From an uncultured Mycoplasmatota bacterium (lineage in GTDB: Bacteria; Bacillota_I; Bacilli_A; RF39; UBA660): a stretch of DNA of 57,518 nucleotides. The translations under genes were made by a program, and so were the position numbers. Positions 18,727 through 28,650 of the stretch are shown here, piece after piece. The DNA lies in contig CAMMJA010000004.1 of the NCBI GenBank assembly GCA_946497145.1, positions 1 to 57,518 on the forward strand, given 5' to 3'. The first letter of the stretch is position 1, and each line of letters opens with the position of its first letter. The notes beneath the pieces were generated by a model. That model was given only the letters and a program-made list of their open reading frames with translations. It did not search any database and was not told the DNA's origin.

Positions 18727-19363
18727 AAAAAGAAAAAAAAGGGAATTTGGTTTTAGTGCGACAGAATTTTTGACAGTGATGGTGGTTGCTACAATTTTGC
18801 TTGCGATTTTACTTTCTTTTGCATTAGATATTGCTCAAAAAGAGAAATATCGAGTGATGCAATATAATGCGACTTTGTTTGGATATAGTGCTTCTTCTTT
18901 TGCTTTAGAAGAGGGTGCAAAAAAAGTATACTTGCAAGAGTTGATCGACGATAAGATGTTTGTGTCTATTAAAAATCCTTTTTCTGGAGATAAATACTGT
19001 GATTCATATCAATCATTTATTGAGTTTGAGGATGATAAAAAATATGTAACACTGCGTTGCGGAGATTATTTGATCGATCATCAAGATATGTTGGAAGAAA
19101 CCATTCCAATCTATCAAGTGTCTGAGTGGACGACTAAAAAGATCAAAGAAAAAAAGAACGTGATCATAGAAGAAAAGGTACTTTATAATTATCTTCAAAA
19201 AAATAAAGAAGTATTCCCTGTAAATTATCCAGAAGACACCTTTTTGTTCTTGTTTAATAAGGCCTATCATTCGTCTTATGAAAAGGTAAAAGAAATACCA
19301 AATACATATGATATTGTAAAAAATACTTACTATCGAAGTAAAACGATAGTAGCAGAAAGATAA
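18716..19363 (+). CDS. hypothetical protein with prepilin-like N-terminus
   Basis: 'KKREFG|FSATEFLTVMVVATILLAILL': Gly, then Phe at +1, Glu at +5 and a hydrophobic helix, as in type IV pilin/pseudopilin class III signal peptides. Overlaps the ezrA stop by 11 nt. Terminator at 19358-19384. Confidence 0.4.
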   Translation: MTNKKRKKREFGFSATEFLTVMVVATILLAILLSFALDIAQKEKYRVMQYNATLFGYSASSFALEEGAKKVYLQELIDDKMFVSIKNPFSGDKYCDSYQSFIEFEDDKKYVTLRCGDYLIDHQDMLEETIPIYQVSEWTTKKIKEKKNVIIEEKVLYNYLQKNKEVFPVNYPEDTFLFLFNKAYHSSYEKVKEIPNTYDIVKNTYYRSKTIVAER

Positions 19364-19451
19364 TTTTTTAATTATCTTTTTTTATAGGAGGAAAACTTCA
19401 TTTACACTATGAACGATTCGTGATATAATGAAACCATTTGGAAGTGATAAC

Positions 19452-20588
19452 ATGATTTATTTAGATTATAGTGCCACAACACCTGTTGTTCCTGAAGTTT
19501 TAGAAACATTCTGTAAAACGACAAAAAATTACATTGGCAATCCTAACTCTTTACACAAATTGGGTATGGAAAGTAGACATTTAATGGATACTGCAACCCA
19601 ACAAGTTGCAGATTTATTCGGAGTAAAAAAAGAAGAAATAATTTTTACGTCGTCGGCTAGCGAAGCAAACAATACGGCTTTATTGGGTGTAGTGGAAAGT
19701 TATCCAAAGCGTAATAAAAAAATCGTAACTACAAAGTTAGAACATTCTAGCGTTTTAGAAACAGTATCTTATTTAGAAAAAAAAGGTTATGAAGTTGGCT
19801 ACGTTAAAATTTTAAAAAATGGTCAAGTCGATCTAGATGACTTGCAACGGTTACTAAAAGAGGATCCTGTCTTGGTGAGTATTGGTTGGATCAATAGCGA
19901 AGTAGGAATTATCCAAGATATGAAGGCAATTACTAATTTAGTAAAACAATATCCTAAAACGTTACTCCATGTAGATGGGACACAAATAGTAGGAAAAGTT
20001 CCTATCACGTTAGATGGTATTGATCTTTTTAGTTGTAGTGCTCACAAATTTTTTGGCTTAAAAGGTATCGGTTGTTTGATTAAAAAAGAAAAAGTTGAAT
20101 TAGAACCCTTGATTCATGGCGGAAAAAGTCAAACCATTTATCGCAGTGGAACACCGGCACTTGCTTTGATCGTAAGTTTTGCCAAAGCATTACGTCTTGC
20201 TTTAACCGATCTAGATCAAAAGTATCATTATGTTCAAAAATTAAATCAATTTTTAAAAGAAGAATTGAAAAAACATTCTTACATTGTCATCAATAGCGAT
20301 GATACTTGTTCTCCTTATATCATTAGTATCAGCATACCTAATATAAAACCAGAGACAATGCTACATGCACTAGATGAAAAAGAAGTTTATATCTCGACAA
20401 AGACAGCATGTGCCAAAGATACTTCTCGTTCTCTTACCTTAGAAACATTACAAAAAGCAAAAGAAATTACGACTTCATCCTTACGGATTAGTTTATCTTA
20501 TATCACGACCGAAGAAGAACTACAACAATTTTTAAAAATTTTAAAAGAATGCTATCACGCATTGAATTTAAGAAAAGAGGAATACTAA
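19452..20588 (+). CDS. cysteine desulfurase (NifS/NifZ type, ThiI partner)
   Basis: 'MIYLDYSATTP', PLP-lysine context 'FSCSAHKFFGLKGIG', 'RSGTP'. The ATG at 19428 lies inside the TGaTATAAT -10 box, so 19452 is preferred. Confidence 0.85.
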   Translation: MIYLDYSATTPVVPEVLETFCKTTKNYIGNPNSLHKLGMESRHLMDTATQQVADLFGVKKEEIIFTSSASEANNTALLGVVESYPKRNKKIVTTKLEHSSVLETVSYLEKKGYEVGYVKILKNGQVDLDDLQRLLKEDPVLVSIGWINSEVGIIQDMKAITNLVKQYPKTLLHVDGTQIVGKVPITLDGIDLFSCSAHKFFGLKGIGCLIKKEKVELEPLIHGGKSQTIYRSGTPALALIVSFAKALRLALTDLDQKYHYVQKLNQFLKEELKKHSYIVINSDDTCSPYIISISIPNIKPETMLHALDEKEVYISTKTACAKDTSRSLTLETLQKAKEITTSSLRISLSYITTEEELQQFLKILKECYHALNLRKEEY

Positions 20589-20589
20589 T

Positions 20590-21777
20590 ATGGAACGTGT
20601 GATTTTAATTAAATATGGGGAATTGACAACCAAAAAAGGAAATCGTAATTTCTTTGTAAGAACATTGTATGAAAATATCAAACATAAATTAAAAGATTGT
20701 CATGTTACGATTTCCAAGGATATTTCTAGAATGTACATTGAATTTGAAGAATCAGAACTTTCTAAAGTGTTGGATGGCATCAATCATGTTTTCGGTATTC
20801 ATATGTATCATGTTGCATACAAGATTCCTACTGATCTTGAAACAATGAAAGAAGAAATAGTAAAAATTTTAAAGAGGGAAAAGTTTAAAACTTTTAAAGT
20901 AGAAACCAAAAGAAGCGATAAAAACTTTCCGGTGAAAACGCTAGAAATGAATCCTTTGCTTGGCAGTCATATTTTAAAAAATATTAATGATATAAAGGTA
21001 GATGTACACAATCCAGATATTCTTGTTCGTTTAGAGATAAGAGAGAATTATTCTTATTTTTATATCCAATATTATTATGGATTGGGTGGATATCCGGTTG
21101 GAACACAACCAAGAGGGATGCTGATGTTAAGTGGTGGAATTGATTCTCCCGTTGCGGGCTTTCTTGCTTTAAAAAGAGGAATTAAAATAGAAGCAGTATA
21201 CTTTGAAGCACTTCCCCATACTAGTCTAGAAGCAAGAAATAAAGTGATGGAATTATCAAAAAAACTAGTAAATTATACAGATGAAATCAAATTACATGTA
21301 GTACCATTTACCAAAATTCAAGAAACCATCTACAAAGAAGTTCCATCCAATTATTGTATTACGATCATGCGTCGTATGATGTATCGTATCATGGAACAAC
21401 TTGCTAGAAAAAGGAAAGCATTTGCTATCATCAATGGAGAATCGATTGGACAAGTAGCAAGTCAAACTTTAACCAGTATGTATGTGATTAATCAAGTAAC
21501 CAACATGCCAGTCATAAGACCTGTCGCATGTCTTGATAAACTAGAAATCATCGATATTGCGAAAAAAATCGATACATACGACATTAGTATTTTGCCATAC
21601 GAAGATTGCTGTACTATTTTTGTACCAAAGCATCCTGTGATCAATCCTAATTTAGAAGATGCGATTAAATTTGAAAAAAAATTTAATTTTGAAAAACTAA
21701 TCGAAGAAACCGTTGATCAGACACAAGTTATTTCAATAACAGATCAAAAAACATGTGATTATCAAGAATTGTTATAG
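20590..21777 (+). CDS. thiI: tRNA 4-thiouridine(8) synthase ThiI
   Basis: THUMP-type N-terminus ('IKYGELTTKKGNR') and PP-loop 'LSGGIDSPVA'. Confidence 0.9.
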   Translation: MERVILIKYGELTTKKGNRNFFVRTLYENIKHKLKDCHVTISKDISRMYIEFEESELSKVLDGINHVFGIHMYHVAYKIPTDLETMKEEIVKILKREKFKTFKVETKRSDKNFPVKTLEMNPLLGSHILKNINDIKVDVHNPDILVRLEIRENYSYFYIQYYYGLGGYPVGTQPRGMLMLSGGIDSPVAGFLALKRGIKIEAVYFEALPHTSLEARNKVMELSKKLVNYTDEIKLHVVPFTKIQETIYKEVPSNYCITIMRRMMYRIMEQLARKRKAFAIINGESIGQVASQTLTSMYVINQVTNMPVIRPVACLDKLEIIDIAKKIDTYDISILPYEDCCTIFVPKHPVINPNLEDAIKFEKKFNFEKLIEETVDQTQVISITDQKTCDYQELL

Positions 21778-21801
21778 GTATAAATTACCAATACAAAATA
21801 G

Positions 21802-21830
21802 GTATGATTCAGACAAATTTTCACAATCTA
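21802..21830 (+). promoter_or_regulatory. forespore (sigma-G/F-like) promoter upstream of the SASP gene
   Basis: GTATG - 17 nt - CAATCTA fits the GnATr / CAnnnTA pattern recalled for B. subtilis sigma-G promoters. Confidence 0.4.
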
Positions 21831-21853
21831 TAAATGTATAGGAGGTGAAAACA

Positions 21854-22069
21854 ATGAATAACAATTCAAATAACTCTTCAATGAAAATGAGAGTACCAGG
21901 TGCTAAACAAGCTATCGATAAAATGAAATATGAAATCGCTAATGAATTCGGTGTTAATTTAGGACCAGATGCTACTTCACGTGCTAATGGATCAGTTGGT
22001 GGTGAAATCACTAGACGTTTAGTTCAAAATGGAATGAACCAAATTAGTGGAAGTTATAATAACAAGTAA
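21854..22069 (+). CDS. alpha/beta-type small acid-soluble spore protein
   Basis: '[33 protein letters not shown]' matches the two conserved SASP blocks. SD TAGGAGGTGA. Terminator at 22083-22110. Confidence 0.85.
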   Translation: MNNNSNNSSMKMRVPGAKQAIDKMKYEIANEFGVNLGPDATSRANGSVGGEITRRLVQNGMNQISGSYNNK

Positions 22070-22082
22070 TGAATTATAACTT

Positions 22083-22110
22083 AAAAGACAGGATATCCTG
22101 TCTTTTTTTT
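22083..22110 (+). terminator. intrinsic terminator after the SASP gene
   Basis: Hairpin aagacagga/tcctgtctt + T8. It lies inside the 5' extension of ORF 22069-22629, which argues for the later start of the next gene. Confidence 0.8.
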
Positions 22111-22161
22111 GACAAACGAAAATCTCTATCCTATAATAGAAAACTATTAGAGGTGGAATGT

Positions 22162-22629
22162 ATGAAGGTAAAATTAGAAAATCTAGAACTAGAAAGTTTC
22201 ATTTGTAATAATATAGATCACTTTATTTTTCGAGAAGAATTGGCAAGCGATCAAAGTATCAAAGAATATTTAAAAAATATTAGAGCAAGATTACAAGAGT
22301 TACCTGAAAAAGTTACTACATTACAATATCGTACCTCCTATATTGTGAAAGATCATGATCAATTGGTTGGATATGTACACTTAGAGGAAATAGAATCAAA
22401 TTCACTAGAATTACATTATGCCGTTCATCCAAATTATAGAGGAAATGGTTATGGAGTACAAATCTTGAATGAAGTAGGCAAGTATCTTTTAGAATACGAT
22501 GACAATATTAAATTTCTTAAGTTATATATCGATCCACACAATGTTGTCAGCAAAAGATGTGCCCAAGAAGCAGGATATCAGTATCAAAAAGAGAAACATT
22601 ATTATTATCGAAAGAATAAAAAAGAGTAG
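22162..22629 (+). CDS. GNAT family N-acetyltransferase
   Basis: 'RGNGYGVQIL' acetyl-CoA-binding motif (R/Q-x-x-G-x-G/A). ATG 22162 follows AGAGGTGGA. Confidence 0.7.
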   Translation: MKVKLENLELESFICNNIDHFIFREELASDQSIKEYLKNIRARLQELPEKVTTLQYRTSYIVKDHDQLVGYVHLEEIESNSLELHYAVHPNYRGNGYGVQILNEVGKYLLEYDDNIKFLKLYIDPHNVVSKRCAQEAGYQYQKEKHYYYRKNKKE

Positions 22630-22681
22630 TAAAACCATCAATTCTAGTGTATAATGAGGGTATCAAGAAAGGACGGAAAAC

Positions 22682-23089
22682 ATGGAAAGAACTTATATTA
22701 TGTTAAAACCAGATGCCCATAAAAGAGAGTTGATGGGAGAAATTATTTCAAGGATTGAACGAAAGGGCTACAACATTACGGACATGAAGATGATGCATTT
22801 GACTGCCGATCAATTAAAAGAACATTACAGTCATTTGGTGGATAAACCGTTTTATCCAGAATTAGAACAATTTATGATGTCAGGACCAGTTGTAGGAATG
22901 ATTGTCGAAGGAGAAGGAGTTGTTCTTGGTATGCGCAATTTGATGGGGCCAACCAAATGGTGGGATGCGCTTGCTGGAACTATTCGCGGTGATTATTCAA
23001 ATGCCAATGATTTAAGTGCCAATTTAATTCATGGATCAGATTCTGTAGAAAAAGCAGAAGAAGAAATTGCACGTTTCTTCGGAAAATAA
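22682..23089 (+). CDS. ndk: nucleoside-diphosphate kinase
   Basis: 'ERTYIMLKPDA' and catalytic His context 'NLIHGSDS'. Confidence 0.9.
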   Translation: MERTYIMLKPDAHKRELMGEIISRIERKGYNITDMKMMHLTADQLKEHYSHLVDKPFYPELEQFMMSGPVVGMIVEGEGVVLGMRNLMGPTKWWDALAGTIRGDYSNANDLSANLIHGSDSVEKAEEEIARFFGK

Positions 23090-23238
23090 AAAATGAAGTT
23101 TTTGATCGTCAAAAGATGAAATAGAGAGTTTTCTCTATTTTTTTGTGGAAATTACCAACAACTGTCGCAAATTTATAGGAAAAAATAAATTTTTCATGTA
23201 TAATAAGGATATAGTAATTAGAAAGAGGTTATAGTATT

Positions 23239-24420
23239 ATGAAAATTATGTCCATTAATGCAGGAAGTAGTTCATTAAAGTTTAGTTTATTTGATATGGA
23301 TAAAGAAGAGGTATTGGCAAGTGGTCTATTCGAAAGAATTGGAATCGATCAAAGTAACTATGTGATTAAGTACAATGGGACTAAAATTAAACAGGAAATT
23401 GATCTTCCTGATCATTCTGTTGCGGTTTCTCTTTTATTAGAAAAGTTAGTTGAGTTAGGTATTATTCGTTCATTATCGGAAATTGATGGCGTAGGGCACA
23501 GAATTGTAAGTGGGGGAGATTATTATAAAGAGTCAGTATTAATTACAGATAAAGTCATTCAAGATTTAATCGATTTGAAAGATTTTGCTCCTTTGCACAA
23601 TCCGGCTCATGTATTAGGAATCAACAGTTTTAAAAAAGTATTGCCAAATACGCCGATGGTAGCAGTATTTGATACGGCATTTCATCAAACGATGGATGAA
23701 GTAAGTTATTTGTATCCAGTTCCTTATTCTTGGTATGAAGATTACAAAGTAAGAAAGTATGGGGCACACGGAACGAGTCATCGTTACATTGCTTTAACAC
23801 TACAAAAAGAATTAAAACGAGATGATCTACGAATCATTAGTTGTCATTTAGGAAATGGTGGAAGTATTACGGCGATCAAAGATGGAAAATGCATCGATAC
23901 TTCTATGGGATTTACGCCTCTAGCTGGTATTATGATGGGAACACGTTCTGGAGATATCGATCCTTCGATCATTCCGTTTGTGATGGAAAAAGAAGGAAAA
24001 AATGCGAGTGAAGTGATCGATGACTTGAATAAAAGATCTGGCTTTTTGGGCTTAAGTCGTTATAGTAGTGACGCAAGAGACATTGTAAATGGAGTGTTAG
24101 AAGGAAAAGAAAATTGTATTTTAGCAGAACAGAAATTTATTCGTACCGTCGTATCGTATATTGCCAATTATTATGTGTTGTTAGGTGGATGTGATGTCTT
24201 ATGTTTTACCGCAGGAATTGGCGAAAACAGTGTTCCATTCCGTATGAAAATTGTAGAAAAACTAGCATGTCTTGGTTTTAAATTGGATATTGAAGCCAAT
24301 CAAGCAGTAGGAGGATTTAAAAAGATTAGTGCGGATGACTCAAAATCATTAATCTATGTACTTCCAACCAACGAAGAGTTGATGATAGCCCGTGATACGT
24401 TAGAAATTATAAATAGATAG
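23239..24420 (+). CDS. ackA: acetate kinase
   Basis: 'MSINAGSSSLKF', 'HRIVSGG', 'GAHGTSH', 'CHLGNGGS', 'FTAGIGENS'. Confidence 0.95.
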   Translation: MKIMSINAGSSSLKFSLFDMDKEEVLASGLFERIGIDQSNYVIKYNGTKIKQEIDLPDHSVAVSLLLEKLVELGIIRSLSEIDGVGHRIVSGGDYYKESVLITDKVIQDLIDLKDFAPLHNPAHVLGINSFKKVLPNTPMVAVFDTAFHQTMDEVSYLYPVPYSWYEDYKVRKYGAHGTSHRYIALTLQKELKRDDLRIISCHLGNGGSITAIKDGKCIDTSMGFTPLAGIMMGTRSGDIDPSIIPFVMEKEGKNASEVIDDLNKRSGFLGLSRYSSDARDIVNGVLEGKENCILAEQKFIRTVVSYIANYYVLLGGCDVLCFTAGIGENSVPFRMKIVEKLACLGFKLDIEANQAVGGFKKISADDSKSLIYVLPTNEELMIARDTLEIINR

Positions 24421-24421
24421 G

Positions 24422-25381
24422 ATGAAGGATATGTATAAAAAAATTTATCGTATCATTAAACAGTATGATAATATTGTAATTGCAAGACACATTGGTGTAG
24501 ATCCTGATGCAATGGCTAGTCAAATTGCCTTAAAAGAATCTATCCAACTAACTTTTCCCAATAAAAAAGTTTATGCAATTGGAAATGGAAGCGTAAAATT
24601 TAATTATTTAGGGAAATTAGATAAGTTAGAAACTTTAGAAAACGCCTTGTTGATTGTTTTGGATACACCGGATAAGAGAAGAGTGGATGCTCCAGATTTA
24701 TCCATCTATCAAGATTCGATTAAGATTGATCATCATCCTTTTGTAGAAAAGTTTTGTAACTTAGAGTATATTGAAGATACGGCATCTAGTACTTGTGAAA
24801 TTATTATGGATTTGATCGAGCATACCAAATTAAAGGTCAATCAATCGATTGTGGAAAAGTTGTTCATGGGATTGGTATCCGATTCTAATCGTTTCTTGTT
24901 CAGTAGTTGTACGGCGAAAACTTTTCAATTGGTAGCGGACTATTTAAAAGAATTTCCACTAGATCTTGAAAAATTGTATCAAAATTTATATATGCGACCA
25001 ATGAAAGAAGTAAGATTACAGGGATATATCAGTGAAAATATGACGATTACTGACAATGGAGTCGGCTATATTAAGATCAACAACGATATCATCAACAAAT
25101 TTAAAGTGGATTCTGCATCAGCAGGAAATATGATCAATAATTTCAATTTCATTGAAGAAATGTTAGTATGGACGACAATTACGGAAGATACAAAAAATAA
25201 TATTGTTCGTGTTAATATTCGCTCTAGAGGACCTGAAATTAACTTTATCGCGGAAAAATACAATGGTGGTGGACACAAGTATGCCAGTGGTGCTCGCGTT
25301 TCAACAATAGAAGAAGCCATGGCTTTGATCGATGATTTGGATCAAGCCAGTGAAAACTATATTAAAAATCATTTGTCGTAA
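24422..25381 (+). CDS. nrnA: DHH/DHHA1 phosphoesterase (NrnA-type oligoribonuclease / pAp phosphatase)
   Basis: 'ARHIGVDPDAMAS', 'IKIDHHP', 'NGGGHKYASGA'. Confidence 0.8.
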   Translation: MKDMYKKIYRIIKQYDNIVIARHIGVDPDAMASQIALKESIQLTFPNKKVYAIGNGSVKFNYLGKLDKLETLENALLIVLDTPDKRRVDAPDLSIYQDSIKIDHHPFVEKFCNLEYIEDTASSTCEIIMDLIEHTKLKVNQSIVEKLFMGLVSDSNRFLFSSCTAKTFQLVADYLKEFPLDLEKLYQNLYMRPMKEVRLQGYISENMTITDNGVGYIKINNDIINKFKVDSASAGNMINNFNFIEEMLVWTTITEDTKNNIVRVNIRSRGPEINFIAEKYNGGGHKYASGARVSTIEEAMALIDDLDQASENYIKNHLS

Positions 25382-25390
25382 GGAGGAACT

Positions 25391-25984
25391 ATGAAAATAG
25401 TAGATGTAGAGTTATTTGTTAGTGCCGTAAGAAGAAGTCAATATCCAACAGATGATTTACCAGAATTTTTACTAGTAGGCAGAAGTAATGTCGGAAAAAG
25501 TAGTTTTATCAATACGTTAGTTGGAAGAAAAAATCTAGCCCGTATTTCGTCACGACCTGGAAAAACGCAGACGCTAAATTTTTATTTCGTCAACAAAAGT
25601 TTTTATTTGGTAGATGTTCCGGGTTATGGATATGCTGCTGTAGATAAAAAGACCCAACATAAGTTTGGTATGATGATCGAAGAATATCTAGAAAAAAGGC
25701 AGCAATTAAAACGAGTGTTTATGTTGATTGACTTTCGTCACAAACCAACAGAAGACGATTTGTTGATGTACAATTTCTTAAAGTACTACAATGTTCCTGT
25801 TACGATTGTAGCTACTAAAGTAGATAAAGTTGGAGCAAGTAAAAAAGATAAAAATTTAAAATTAATCAAAGATACGATCGACTTAGTAGTAGGGGATGAT
25901 TTGGTTTTATTTTCTAGTATGACTAAATTAGGTCGAGAAGAACTTTTACAGAAAATAGAAGATTTAACGGTAGAAACGATTTAA
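25391..25984 (+). CDS. engB: ribosome biogenesis GTP-binding protein EngB/YsxC
   Basis: G1 'GRSNVGKSSFIN', G3 'DVPGYG', G4 'TKVDK'. Confidence 0.9.
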   Translation: MKIVDVELFVSAVRRSQYPTDDLPEFLLVGRSNVGKSSFINTLVGRKNLARISSRPGKTQTLNFYFVNKSFYLVDVPGYGYAAVDKKTQHKFGMMIEEYLEKRQQLKRVFMLIDFRHKPTEDDLLMYNFLKYYNVPVTIVATKVDKVGASKKDKNLKLIKDTIDLVVGDDLVLFSSMTKLGREELLQKIEDLTVETI

Positions 25985-26151
25985 GAATGAAATGTAAATA
26001 TGTATCGTAGCAAAAAAATTATCTAGGAAAAGATAATTTTTTGTGATATAATAGAATTGGATAACAATAAGTAAGGGTGATGAGTGTGAGTCGCTGGAGT
26101 AGAAGAAAAAAATATAGTGTTGAAGGAGAGCCAGAAGGAAAAAAGATACCA

Positions 26152-27582
26152 ATGCGAGTAAGCAAATTGGTTAAAAGAGAATTGTACTTAACGATGGCAT
26201 CGATTGTTGGAGTTAGTTTAGTCATAATAGGAAGTACGTATGCAGTATTTTCTTCGGTAAATCGTTCGAAAGAATACAATGTGATTAACGTAGGAACACT
26301 ACAAATTGAATATGATGATACTGGAAGCGGACTAGGTGATATCATCAAATTAAACAATGCGTTTCCTGTAAGTGACTCAACAGGACAAAGTAACACACCA
26401 TATAAGTTTAAAATAACCAATACAGGAAGTATTGCCACAAACTATAGCATTCGAATTGCAGACGATGAAGGAATGATCGAAGCTGATGGATGCAGCAACA
26501 ATTTGTTGCCAAAAACAGCCCTAAAATATAGTTTAAATGGTGGGACAGCGACTTTATTAAGTAGTAAATCTAATTATGTAATAGAAAGTGGAACTTTAAG
26601 AGCAGGAGAATCAAAAACCTATAATTTAAGAATGTGGATTCATACGAATGTAGGGAATGAGATATTAGGCAAACATTTTCATGGAAAGATCGTCATAGAA
26701 TCAGAAGCAACAGAACCAATTTTAGCAAAAAATACGATATTAGCCAATAATACAATACAGACAGGAACGCCAGATTTTTCGACAACTAGCGGAACGGGAT
26801 TGTATCAAGCAGAAGATGATGATGGAACCAGTTATTATTTTAGAGGAAATGTCACAAATAACTGGGTAAAGTTTGCAGCAGATGGAGACGAATGGTTATA
26901 CTGGAGAATTATCAGAATCAACGGAGACGGAACGATTCGATTATTGTACAATGGAAAAACAACCACTACAACAGGAGAAGGAACAACCATTGGGCAATAT
27001 TATATGTCCAGCTCTGGATTTCAAGAGAAATATATGGGGTATACATATGATCGATCAAGTAATGAGACGGATTCAGGATTGAAAGAGATGATAGATTCAT
27101 GGTATGAGCGAACTGTTGGAAGAGCAAGTCAAAACTTTGATCAATATGTTGCCACAGGAAAGTTTTGTAATGATACAAAGGTATTGACGAATAGTGGCAG
27201 TGTTCAGTATAATAGAAAGGCAAGTTTGACTTTAACGCCACCATATCCAAGTTTAACATGTGCTGAGACGACAGAGGATTATGGAGGAAGTTATTTGTTA
27301 AAGGCAGGTACTTTTACAGCAGATGAAGCAATTATGGCAGGAGCAGTAACATCAGGGAATAGTAATTATTACATGTACAACGGATTAAACTATGGAACAT
27401 GGACAATGACTCCATATGAATATAGTGGGACCCCATACTATTTCCAACAACAGCCAAATGGAAGTGTAAAAGGTATGAATGGATATGCAAGTTCTGTATG
27501 GGTGCGTCCAGTCATTAATCTAAAAGCCGATGTAACATTAACAGGGTCAGGAACAGCATCTAATCCTTATGAAGTTAGTTAA
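26152..27582 (+). CDS. secreted/cell-surface protein with a TasA/camelysin-like N-terminal domain and an unrelated C-terminal module
   Basis: From ATG 26152 the N-terminus 'MRVSKLVKRELYLTMASIVGVSLVIIGSTYAVFSS' resembles SipW-dependent TasA-type signal peptides. It is followed by 'GTLQIEY...FKITNTGSIATNYSIRI', like the TasA beta-sandwich start. The C-terminal ~250 aa ends 'VWVRPVINLKADVTLTGSGTASNPYEV'. Alternative upstream starts at 26077/26086 would add a basic 25-aa extension. Confidence 0.45.
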   Translation: MRVSKLVKRELYLTMASIVGVSLVIIGSTYAVFSSVNRSKEYNVINVGTLQIEYDDTGSGLGDIIKLNNAFPVSDSTGQSNTPYKFKITNTGSIATNYSIRIADDEGMIEADGCSNNLLPKTALKYSLNGGTATLLSSKSNYVIESGTLRAGESKTYNLRMWIHTNVGNEILGKHFHGKIVIESEATEPILAKNTILANNTIQTGTPDFSTTSGTGLYQAEDDDGTSYYFRGNVTNNWVKFAADGDEWLYWRIIRINGDGTIRLLYNGKTTTTTGEGTTIGQYYMSSSGFQEKYMGYTYDRSSNETDSGLKEMIDSWYERTVGRASQNFDQYVATGKFCNDTKVLTNSGSVQYNRKASLTLTPPYPSLTCAETTEDYGGSYLLKAGTFTADEAIMAGAVTSGNSNYYMYNGLNYGTWTMTPYEYSGTPYYFQQQPNGSVKGMNGYASSVWVRPVINLKADVTLTGSGTASNPYEVS

Positions 27583-27597
27583 CGGCAAAGACAAATG

Positions 27598-27619
27598 AGA
27601 GGCAAATGCCTCTTTTTTT
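27598..27619 (+). terminator. intrinsic terminator after the TasA-like gene
   Basis: Hairpin agaggca/tgcctct + T7. Confidence 0.8.
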
Positions 27620-27664
27620 ATCCCTCAAAATTGTTTTTCGCATACACTACACTAGGTGATCAAA

Positions 27665-28177
27665 ATGCACGTGGAATCAGTATCAGAAAACCAATATACC
27701 ATTTACATCAACAATCAGTACTTTGCTTCACTAGATTGGAACAACAAAGAGGAAATTACCAAAAATGTCAAACAATTAATAATAAAACTAAATCAAATTT
27801 ATCGTTTGAATTTATCTGGTTTTTATAAGATGAATCTTTATTTGAATAAAAGGATTGGCATGATGATCGAACTATACAAATTAGAAGACTTTGGCATCGA
27901 GATAAAGACGATTGATTTGCGGATCACGATTTATTTAAATAGCGAAATCTGGGTTATGGTAAAAGATTGGGAGATCATAAAAGAAAGTGTACAAATCTAT
28001 TATTATGATGGTTATTATTATAGTGATATTGCAAACTTTAAAGACGAAAAATTGTTAGAAATAACAGAGTGGGGTAATTTTATTTATGGAGATGAAATCA
28101 AGAAAGTAAAACAAAATGGGAAAAAGTTAAAACAAACAAAAAAAGATAGTGATATCTCTTTTCTGGAATTATCGTAA
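27665..28177 (+). CDS. hypothetical protein, compact MecA/YpbH-like adaptor candidate
   Basis: ATG 27665 follows TAGGTGA. The pattern resembles MecA: N-terminus 'MHVESVSENQYTIYIN', C-terminus 'VKDWEIIKESVQIYYYDGYYYS...ITEWGNFIYGDEI..VKQNGKKL'. Compare MecA 'F.dFEdvI...LY.Y.g.YYL...L.EYG......L.EHGK.I', recalled from memory. Confidence 0.35.
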   Translation: MHVESVSENQYTIYINNQYFASLDWNNKEEITKNVKQLIIKLNQIYRLNLSGFYKMNLYLNKRIGMMIELYKLEDFGIEIKTIDLRITIYLNSEIWVMVKDWEIIKESVQIYYYDGYYYSDIANFKDEKLLEITEWGNFIYGDEIKKVKQNGKKLKQTKKDSDISFLELS

Positions 28178-28630
28178 CCGTTTTACTTTCTGCTTGATAT
28201 CCATAGATGATTTTAATTCTTCTTTTCGCACAAATCGATCCATATAACATAAAATTTCTTTGGTATCATCGTGTGCTTTTTTCTCTTTGTTATAATGATT
28301 ACAAATTTTATGAATAATATCAAAGGCATCTTGTCTTAAAACAATCCCTGTTGCGTGAACACCACTACTATTATAAGAAGTATAAATTTGTGAAATCATG
28401 GCAAAACTAATTTTTTGATTGTATACCGGCTGAGTTAAGACATGATAAAACTTTGAATAATGATTAAATCTATGAAGAGAAGTAGTTAATTTACAAAAGT
28501 AGATCACTTCTTTTTTATCTTTGGTCAATTTGGAAAATAAAACGATACAAGGTCGATTCTTTTTGGGATCTTTTATTAAATTATTAAAATACAATTCGTC
28601 AAAATAAATAATTTCACCAGTTTGATACAT
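28169..28630 (-). CDS. hypothetical protein, possible PemK/MazF-fold toxin-like protein
   Basis: 'GEIIYFDE...KKNRPCIVLFS...CKLTTS...SFAMISQIYT' follows the PemK/MazF pattern G-[DE]-I-h-h-h-D...RP-h-h-V-L-S...h-T-[ST]...Q-h. Extra ~45-aa basic helical tail. Own promoter and SD AGAGGCGA. Confidence 0.3.
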   Translation of the reverse strand: MYQTGEIIYFDELYFNNLIKDPKKNRPCIVLFSKLTKDKKEVIYFCKLTTSLHRFNHYSKFYHVLTQPVYNQKISFAMISQIYTSYNSSGVHATGIVLRQDAFDIIHKICNHYNKEKKAHDDTKEILCYMDRFVRKEELKSSMDIKQKVKRLR

Positions 28631-28650
28631 ACTATCGCCTCTTGAACGAT

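Noticed and set aside
26019-26438. 139-aa minus-strand ORF overlapping the start of the TasA-like gene
   Set aside because: It has no SD. It overlaps the promoter, the SD and the signal-peptide region of the better-supported plus-strand gene.
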